From NCBI GenBank assembly GCA_964057225.1, contig OZ059894.1, forward strand, positions 19,282,001 through 19,346,000: a stretch of DNA of 64,000 nucleotides, read 5' to 3'. Origin of the DNA: Auanema rhodensis (taxonomy: Eukaryota; Animalia; Nematoda). How positions within the stretch are numbered: position 1 is the stretch's first letter; the number at the start of each line of letters is the position of its first letter. The position numbers and the translations under genes were made by a program. Under the pieces are notes generated by a model. The model searched no databases. It worked only from the letters and a program-made list of their open reading frames with translations, and was not told where the DNA came from. Below, one piece after another: positions 1-7,800 of this stretch.

Positions 1-225
1 CCGCCCCTACGGTTGATGTAGGCAATGGCAGAAGTATTATCTAAGAGTAAGAGAACGTCGAGATTGAGCCAGGTCTTGCCGAACTCTGTTAGACCCTTCG
101 TTGCTGCAATCAGCTCCAGCCAGTTTATATGGTAGTTAAAGCGTTCTGCCTCGGACCAAGATCCTGACAAGGTATTACCTTCCCACGAAGCGCCAAAACC
201 CTCCAGGGAGGCATCTGAGGTAATG
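1..225 (-). other. RNase H domain (DIRS type), partial
   Basis: TSDAS at 221-207, HINWLEL from 131 and DNTS near 40: the first three catalytic acidic residues (D, E, D) are present. Confidence 0.9.
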
Positions 226-2252
226 GAGTATCGGGGAGAAAAGGGCGTGAGCGAGGATACTTCTGATAGACGGGGAACGTCCTTGGTTCGAAGATCCTCC
301 AGGATCTTTCTTAACGATCGATCTATTCTTAGAATTTGAGGGAAGGCATTGGGATCATTTACGTTCGTAATTCCTTTAAGCCGTAGGTGGAAGTGCAGTT
401 CACGGTTTCTGAAGGAGAGGTTAGGTGCTACCAGAGACGCAAAGTTCAATTTTCCCATTAGCGAGGCTAATGCTCTTATACTCAGCTCTGATTGAGCTGT
501 TAAACGAGTGAGAGACTCGAGCAAACCCTTTTTCTTGGCCTTTGGGAGAGACCAGCTCATCGATCTTGAATTCAGCTGAATACCAAGAAATTCTATTTCT
601 TGTGTGGGTATCATAATTGATTTATCCCAGTTTATCGTAAAACCCGCGCGATCAAAAGTAATTAGAATCTCTGTTAGTTGGGACCTGAGACAATCAGGAT
701 CCTCCGAGATGAACAGCCAGTCATCTAAGTAGTTGATGAGATTGATCCCTTTACCCCGAAAATGGGATACCAGAACACGCATTAGCTTATGGAATATGTA
801 GGGGGCTGAGCTCAGCCCAAAAGGGAGTGCTCTAAATAGGAAAGTGCGCCCCTCTGCTGTGAAAGCTAGGAAGGGTTGATCCTTCGGATCGATACTAATC
901 GCGTGGTAGGCTGAATGAAAATCGATTTTGATCATGAAATTATCCTGTCGTAGGAGCGACGGGATGTCCCGAAGGGATTCTAGCTTGAACTTGGGTACTC
1001 GGAGAAAAGTGTTCAGGCGCTTTAAATTGAGGATGAAACGGGCCGTGCCGTCCGCCTTGGGAACGTGGAAGGTCGGGGATATGAAAACCTTCTCCCTCGG
1101 GGCGGCCTCTCGAATGGCGCCAGTGTACAGCAGTTCCTGGATATCCGACCTGGGTTGCTCCGGCAAGGTAGAGCAGATGGGTGGCAGCGATAAAGGTGGA
1201 GGTGTGCGGGCAAAGGGGAGACTATAGCCCTGAACCGCGTTAAGGATCTCCTTGTCCCTGGAGATGGACGCCCAAAAGGTTGTGGTGGAGGATACCCGGC
1301 ATGCGAAAGGAAAAGTGACTAACCTCTTTCTCTGGTTAGTAGCGAACGTTGAGAAGGTAGCTTGTCTCTTGGGGGCTGAGCGTGGCCGTTGGGCATCATT
1401 CCTGCGAGGAGTTGTTCTGGAGCTTCTGGACAGTTCGGAGTACGACGATAGTTCTGCTCTGAGCTTCTTGCCAAACAGTTCGGGTGCCGAATCCTCTGGA
1501 GCGTTGTCTACCGGGATCACGGTTCCATAGATGGGGGACTTCTTGAAGCTAGGCATGGCTCGGTAGGGTTGAGAGATCTTCATCTTGGTTAGAGCACACT
1601 CTCGCAAGTTGGTGCAGTGGGTCTTGATGTTAGCGCTGAGGAAGCGCTCCACTATGGCAAAGTATGCCTCCTGTTTTGTTGACAGACGAGAGTCCCTATC
1701 TATCCTGCCCAGCTTGCGAATTATCTTGATGTTAGAAAGAACGATTAGATCATTCTCGTATGCCGTGCGTATCTCAGCTTCGGACAGACGGATAGTGGGC
1801 TTGATGTTATTGTCCACGTGAGTAGTGTAGCGGTCGTCCAAGACCGGTAGTCGAGCGAACGGTGAGTCGATATTTGGGAGTTCCGAGATGAGCTCAGCTC
1901 TCTCGGTCGAGGACATGAGCAGTCCCGAGGCGAGTCTCTCGAAATCAGCAGTCTCGGAGGAAGATAGGCGAACGAGTGGCCTAGATCTGGGTCCGTGTGC
2001 CTCCGGTGGCATGGGGACCGTTTCGTCTTCGTCGTCCTCTGAATAGAGGTCCTCTTTCTCGGGCTGGTCCGAGTTCGGAGGTGGTGGGGAAGGAGCTTCT
2101 ACCCTTCTCCTCTCGACGTGTTGACGGTCGGTGGAGATAGACGTTGGAGATGTTGAGCGTGACGATCTCGAAGAAGAAGAGCTGAAGGCTCGTACTCTTC
2201 TCGGAGAAGTTTCAGTCGGGGCTTGTCCCTGACGAGTGTGGCTTGGAGCCAT
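1..2252 (-). CDS. Gag-RT-RNase H polyprotein (3'-partial, 750 codons in window)
   Basis: ATG at 2252-2250 (context cgtccATGg), with an in-frame TAA upstream at 2309-2307. No stop was found in this frame from 2252 to position 3. Begins MAPSHTRQGQAPTETSPRRVRAFSSSSSRSS... and ends ...DVLLLLDNTSAIAYINRRG at the window edge. Confidence 0.92.
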   Translation of the reverse strand, partial: MAPSHTRQGQAPTETSPRRVRAFSSSSSRSSRSTSPTSISTDRQHVERRRVEAPSPPPPNSDQPEKEDLYSEDDEDETVPMPPEAHGPRSRPLVRLSSSETADFERLASGLLMSSTERAELISELPNIDSPFARLPVLDDRYTTHVDNNIKPTIRLSEAEIRTAYENDLIVLSNIKIIRKLGRIDRDSRLSTKQEAYFAIVERFLSANIKTHCTNLRECALTKMKISQPYRAMPSFKKSPIYGTVIPVDNAPEDSAPELFGKKLRAELSSYSELSRSSRTTPRRNDAQRPRSAPKRQATFSTFATNQRKRLVTFPFACRVSSTTTFWASISRDKEILNAVQGYSLPFARTPPPLSLPPICSTLPEQPRSDIQELLYTGAIREAAPREKVFISPTFHVPKADGTARFILNLKRLNTFLRVPKFKLESLRDIPSLLRQDNFMIKIDFHSAYHAISIDPKDQPFLAFTAEGRTFLFRALPFGLSSAPYIFHKLMRVLVSHFRGKGINLINYLDDWLFISEDPDCLRSQLTEILITFDRAGFTINWDKSIMIPTQEIEFLGIQLNSRSMSWSLPKAKKKGLLESLTRLTAQSELSIRALASLMGKLNFASLVAPNLSFRNRELHFHLRLKGITNVNDPNAFPQILRIDRSLRKILEDLRTKDVPRLSEVSSLTPFSPRYSITSDASLEGFGASWEGNTLSGSWSEAERFNYHINWLELIAATKGLTEFGKTWLNLDVLLLLDNTSAIAYINRRG
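555..1080 (-). other. Reverse transcriptase core domain
   Basis: KIDFHSAY (first catalytic Asp at 923-921), LPFGLSSAP (827-801), YLDD (731-720) and downstream IEFLG. All three catalytic Asp residues are intact. Confidence 0.95.
1324..2252 (-). other. Gag-like (ORF1-equivalent) region of the polyprotein
   Basis: Ser/Arg/Pro-rich and acidic low-complexity N-terminus (EAPSPPPPNSD, SEDDEDE), a likely folded core, an ELFGKKL motif (LFG at 1478-1470) and a basic tail (RSSRTTPRR...KRQ...RKR). Position and composition match DIRS ORF1 proteins; the call is positional and has no profile support. Confidence 0.6.
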
Positions 2253-2430
2253 GGACGATCGTATGTGAGGCTCAACGAAAAAACTGAAATGAATAAGGAC
2301 GATCGCTTACTCTCACTGTTTCCCGCCCAAAGAAACGTGGGAAAGGGAACCTGAGAGATAATTTGAATTTTTTTTTGTTTGTTTTATGTGAGGACCTATT
2401 ACGAAATAAAGCATTTCGAATAAATATAAT
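2253..2430 (-). promoter_or_regulatory. Short non-coding 5' terminal region (putative left terminal repeat/promoter) of the retrotransposon
   Basis: ~180 bp between the ATG and the satellite junction, with short internal direct repeats (tatgtgagg x2, ggacgatcg x2), a T-rich tract at 2368-2385 and an inverted pair tttcccgc/gtgggaaa. The partner repeat lies outside the window, so terminal-repeat status is unverified. Confidence 0.5.
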
Positions 2431-4887
2431 GATGCATTAGTGTATGTTGAGTTTCCATGTACACTCAACATTGCTTCCAAAAACATTTTGACAAAAATTT
2501 TTTCGAAAAATTTCAAAATAATTTAGCAAAAAGTAGATGTTTTTAGATTCCTTTTTTCAAGGCAAAGACGATGGACAATGTTATTCAACGAAAAAATTAA
2601 TTCTTCAGGGTGAAAATCGAGGATATAAGTGTGAACTTATATCAGTTGATATCTCGGTGCATTTTTAAGCTAGCGCAAATCTGATAACACAGATCGACGC
2701 AACTTAAAAATCCGCATCGAATGCACTATACTACATTGAGAAACGCTTAATACAAAAAATAGTTATGATCGTTTGAAAAATGATGCATTAGTGTATGTTG
2801 AGTTTCCATGTACACTCAACATTGCTTCCAAAAACATTTTGACAAAACTTTTTTCGAAAAATTTCAAAATAATTTAGCAAAAAGTAGATGTTTTTAGATT
2901 CCTTTTTTCAAGGCAAAGACGATGGACAATGTTATTCAACGAAAAAATTAATTCTTCAGGGTGAAAATCGAGGATATAAGTGTGAACTTATATCAGTTGA
3001 TATCTCGGTGCATTTTTAAGCTAGCGCAAATCTGATAACACAGATCGACGCAGCTTAAAAATCCGCATCGAATGCACTATACTACATTGAGAAACGCTTA
3101 ATACAAAAATTAGTTATGATCGTTTGAAAAATGATGCATTAGTGTATGTTGAGTTTCCATGTACACTCAACATTGCTTCCAAAAACATTTTGACAAAAAT
3201 TTTTTCGAAAAATTTCAAAATAATTTAGCAAAAAGTAGATGTTTTTAGATTCCTTTTTTCAAGGCAAAGACGATGGACAATGTTATTCAACGAAAAAATT
3301 AATTCTTCAGGGTGAAAATCGAGGATATAAGTGTGAACTTATATCAGTTGATATCTCGGTGCATTTTTAAGCTAGCGCAAATCTGATAACACAGATCGAC
3401 GCAGCTTAAAAATCCGCATCGAATGCACTATACTACATTGAGAAACGCTTAATACAAAAATTAGTTATGATCGTTTGAAAAATGATGCATTAGTGTATGT
3501 TGAGTTTCCATGTACACTCAACATTGCTTCCAAAAACATTTTGACAAAAATTTTTTCGAAAAATTTCAAAATAATTTAGCAAAAAGTAGATGTTTTTAGA
3601 TTCCTTTTTTCAAGGCAAAGACGATGGACAATGTTATTCAACGAAAAAATTAATTCTTCAGGGTGAAAATCGAGGATATAAGTGTGAACTTATATCAGTT
3701 GATATCTCGGTGCATTTTTAAGCTAGCGCAAATCTGATAACACAAATCGACGCAGCTTAAAAATCCGCATCGAATGCACTATACTACATTGAGAAACGCT
3801 TGATACAGAAATTAGTTATGATCGTTCGAAAAATGATGCATTAGTGTATGTTGAGTTTCCATGTACACTCAACATTGCTTCCAAAAACATTTTGACAAAA
3901 ATTTTTTCGAAAAATTTCAAAATAATTTAGCAAAAAGTAGATGTTTTCAGTTTTCTTTTTTCAAGGCAAAGACGATGGACAATGTTATTCAACGAAAAAA
4001 CTAATTCTTCAGGGTGAAAATCGAGGATATAAGTGTGAACTTATATCAGTTGATATCTCGATGCATTTTTAAGCTAGCGCAAATCTGATAACACAGATCG
4101 ACGCAGCTTAAAAATCCGCATCAAATGCTCTATACTACATTGAGAAACGCTTAATACAAAAATTAGTTATGATCGTTTGAAAAATGATGCATTAGTGTAT
4201 GTTGAGTTTCCATGTACACTCAACATTGCTTCCAAAAACATTTTGACAAAAATTTTTTCGAAAAATTTCAAAATAAATTAGCAAAAAGTAGATGTTTTTA
4301 GATTCCATTTTTCAAGGCAAAGACGATGGACAATGTTATTCAACGAAAAAATTAATTCTTCAGGGTGAAAATCGAGGATATAAGTGTGAACTTATATCAG
4401 TTGATATCTCGGTGCATTTTTAAGCTAGCGCAAATCTGATAACACAGATCGACGCAGCTTAAAAATCCGCATCGAATGCACTATACTACATTGAGAAACG
4501 CTTGATACAGAAATTAGTTATGATCGTTCGAAAAATGATGCATTAGTGTATGTTGAGTTTCCATGTACACTCAACATTGCTTCCAAAAACATTTTGACAA
4601 AAATTTTTTCGAAAAATTTCAAAATAATTTAGCAAAAAGTAGATGTTTTCAGTTTTCTTTTTTCAAGGCAAAGACGATGGACAATGTTATTCAACGAAAA
4701 AACTAATTCTTCAGGGTGAAAATCGAGGATATAAGTGTGAACTTATATCAGTTGATATCTCGATGCATTTTTAAGCTAGCGCAAATCTGATAACACAGAT
4801 CGACGCAGCTTAAAAATCCGCATCAAATGCTCTATACTACATTGAGAAACGCTTAATACAAAAATTAGTTATGATCGTTTGAAAAAT

Positions 4888-7800
4888 GATGCATTAGTGT
4901 ATGTTGAGTTTCCATGTACACTCAACATTGCTTCCAAAAACATTTTGACAAAAATTTTTTCGAAAAATTTCAAAATAAATTAGCAAAAAGTAGATGTTTT
5001 TAGATTCCATTTTTCAAGGCAAAGACGATGGACAATGTTATTCAACGAAAAAATTAATTCTTGAGGGTGAAAATCGAGGATATAAGTGTGAACTTATATC
5101 AGTTGATATCTCGGTGCATTTTTAAGCTAGCGCAAATCTGATAACACAGATCGACGCAGCTTAAAAATCCGCATCGAATGCACTATGCTACATTGAGAAA
5201 CGCTCAATACAAAAATTAGTTATGATCGTTTGAAAAATGATCCATTAGTGTATGTTGAGTTTCCATGTACACTCAACATTGCTTCCAAAAACATTTTGAC
5301 AAAAATTTTTTCGAAAAATTTCAAAATAATTTGGCAAAAAGTAGATGTTTTTAGATTGCTTTTTTCAAGGCAAAGACGATGGACAATGTTATTCAACGAA
5401 AAAATTAATTCTTCAGGGTGAAAATCGAGGATATAAGTGTGAACATATATCAGTTGATATCTCGGTGCATTTTTAAGCTAGCGCAAATCTGATAACACAG
5501 ATCGACGCAGCTTAAAAATCCGCATCGAATGCACTATACTACATTGAGAAACGCTTAATACAAAAATTAGTTATGATCGTTTGAAAAATGATGTATTAGT
5601 GTATGTTGAGTTTCCATGTACACTCAACATTGCTTCCAAAAACATTTTGACAAAAATTTTTTCGAAAAATTTCAAAATAATTTAGCAAAAAGTAGATGTT
5701 TTTAGATTGCTTTTTTCAAGGCAAAGACGATGGACAATGTTATTCAACGAAAAAACTAATTCTTCAGGGTGAAAATCGAGGATATAAGTGTGAACTTATA
5801 TCAGTTGATATCTCGATGCATTTTTAAGCTAGCGCAAATCTGATAACACAGATCGACGCAGCTTAAAAATCCGCATCAAATGCTCTATACTACATTGAGA
5901 AACGCTTAATACAAAAATTAGTTATGATCGTTTGAAAAATGATGCATTAGTGTATGTTGAGTTTCCATGTACACTCAACATTGCTTCCAAAAACATTTTG
6001 ACAAAAATTTTTTCGAAAAATTTCAAAATAAATTAGCAAAAAGTAGATGTTTTTAGATTCCATTTTTCAAGGCAAAGACGATGGACAATGTTATTCAACG
6101 AAAAAATTAATTCTTGAGGGTGAAAATCGAGGATATAAGTGTGAACTTATATCAGTTGATATCTCGGTGCATTTTTAAGCTAGCGCAAATCTGATAACAC
6201 AGATCGACGCAGCTTAAAAATCCGCATCGAATGCACTATACTACATTGAGAAACGCTCAATACAAAAATTAGTTATGATCGTTTGAAAAATGATCCATTA
6301 GTGTATGTTGAGTTTCCATGTACACTCAACATTGCTTCCAAAAACATTTTGACAAAAATTTTTTCGAAAAATTTCAAAATAATTTGGCAAAAAGTAGATG
6401 TTTTTAGATTGCTTTTTTCAAGGCAAAGACGATGGACAATGTTATTCAACGAAAAAATTAATTCTTCAGGGTGAAAATCGAGGATATAAGTGTGAACATA
6501 TATCAGTTGATATCTCGGTGCATTTTTAAGCTAGCGCAAATCTGATAACACAGATCGACGCAGCTTAAAAATCCGCATCGAATGCACTATACTACATTGA
6601 GAAACGCTTAATACAAAAATTAGTTATGATCGTTTGAAAAATGATGTATTAGTGTATGTTGAGTTTCCATGTACACTCAACATTGCTTCCAAAAACATTT
6701 TGACAAAAATTTTTTCGAAAAATTTCAAAATAATTTAGCAAAAAGTAGATGTTTTTAGATTGCTTTTTTCAAGGCAAAGACGATGGACAATGTTATTCGA
6801 CGAAAAAATTAATTCTTCAGGGTGAAAATCGAGGATATAAGTGTGAACTTATATCAGTTGATATCTCGGTGCATTTTTAAGCTAGCGCAAATCTGATAAC
6901 ACAGATCGACGCAGCTTAAAAATCCGCATCGAATGCACTATACTACATTGAGAAACGCTTAATACAAAAATTAGTTATGATCGTTTGAAAAATGATGCAT
7001 TAGTGTATGTTGAGTTTCCATGTACACTCAACATTGCTTCCAAAAACATTTTGACAAAAATTTTTTCGAAAAATTTCAAGATAAATTAGCAAAAAGTAGA
7101 TGTTTTTAGATTCCTTTTTTCAAGGCAAAGACGATGGACAATGTTATTCAACGAAAAAATTAATTCTTCAGGGTGAAAATCGAGGATATAAGTGTGAACT
7201 TATATCAGTTGATATCTCGGTGCATTTTTAAGCTAGCGCAAATCTGATAACACAGATCGACGCAGCTTAAAAATCCGCATCGAATGCACTATGCTACATT
7301 GAGAAACGCTCAATACAAAAATTAGTTATGATCGTTTGAAAAATGATCCATTAGTGTATGTTGAGTTTCCATGTACACTCAACATTGCTTCCAAAAACAT
7401 TTTGACAAAAATTTTTTCGAAAAATTTCAAAATAATTTGGCAAAAAGTAGATGTTTTTAGATTGCTTTTTTCAAGGCAAAGACGATGGACAATGTTATTC
7501 AACGAAAAAATTAATTCTTCAGGGTGAAAATCGAGGATATAAGTGTGAACATATATCAGTTGATATCTCGGTGCATTTTTAAGCTAGCGCAAATCTGATA
7601 ACACAGATCGACGCAGCTTAAAAATCCGCATCGAATGCACTATACTACATTGAGAAACGCTTAATACAAAAATTAGTTATGATCGTTTGAAAAATGATGT
7701 ATTAGTGTATGTTGAGTTTCCATGTACACTCAACATTGCTTCCAAAAACATTTTGACAAAAATTTTTTCGAAAAATTTCAAAATAATTTAGCAAAAAGTA

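Larger units (their letters stand above)
1..2430 (-). mobile_element. DIRS/PAT-like (tyrosine-recombinase class) retrotransposon, 5' portion; continues beyond the left edge of the window
   Basis: Minus-strand translation shows RT and RNase H motifs typical of the DIRS group (GYSLPF; SPTFHVPKADGTARFILNLKRLN; FKLE; LPFGLSSAPYIF; YLDDWL; GFTINWDKS; IEFLG; SDASLEGFGA; HINWLEL; DNTSAIAYINRRGG). No protease-like segment is recognisable between Gag and RT. The sequence is clearly more GC-rich than the satellite, with a sharp boundary at 2428-2430. The tyrosine recombinase itself is not in the window, so the class is inferred from RT/RNase H. Confidence 0.9.

Noticed and set aside
1-300. Overlapping tyrosine recombinase ORF
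   Set aside because: Both alternative minus-strand frames contain stops within positions 1-60; any recombinase gene must lie outside the window.
803-818. Perfect 16-bp palindrome gggctgagctcagccc
   Set aside because: Lies in the codons of the conserved GLSSAP motif; a single occurrence, plausibly incidental.
928-1821. Plus-strand ORFs 928-1227, 1252-1530, 1585-1821 and minus ORF 1022-1213
   Set aside because: Short antisense or alternative-frame shadows of the long retrotransposon ORF, with no recognisable motifs.
2313-2516. 67-aa minus-strand ORF
   Set aside because: Spans the element/satellite junction; a chance chimera.
2431-2781. CENP-B box, tRNA/5S/snRNA or spliced-leader gene within the monomer
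   Set aside because: No TTCG-N4-A-N2-CGGG match, and no cloverleaf, A/B boxes or recognisable RNA gene by eye; a covariance-model (Rfam) search was not possible.
2431-2781. Internal ~175-bp dimer origin of the monomer
   Set aside because: No convincing direct similarity between the two halves by eye.
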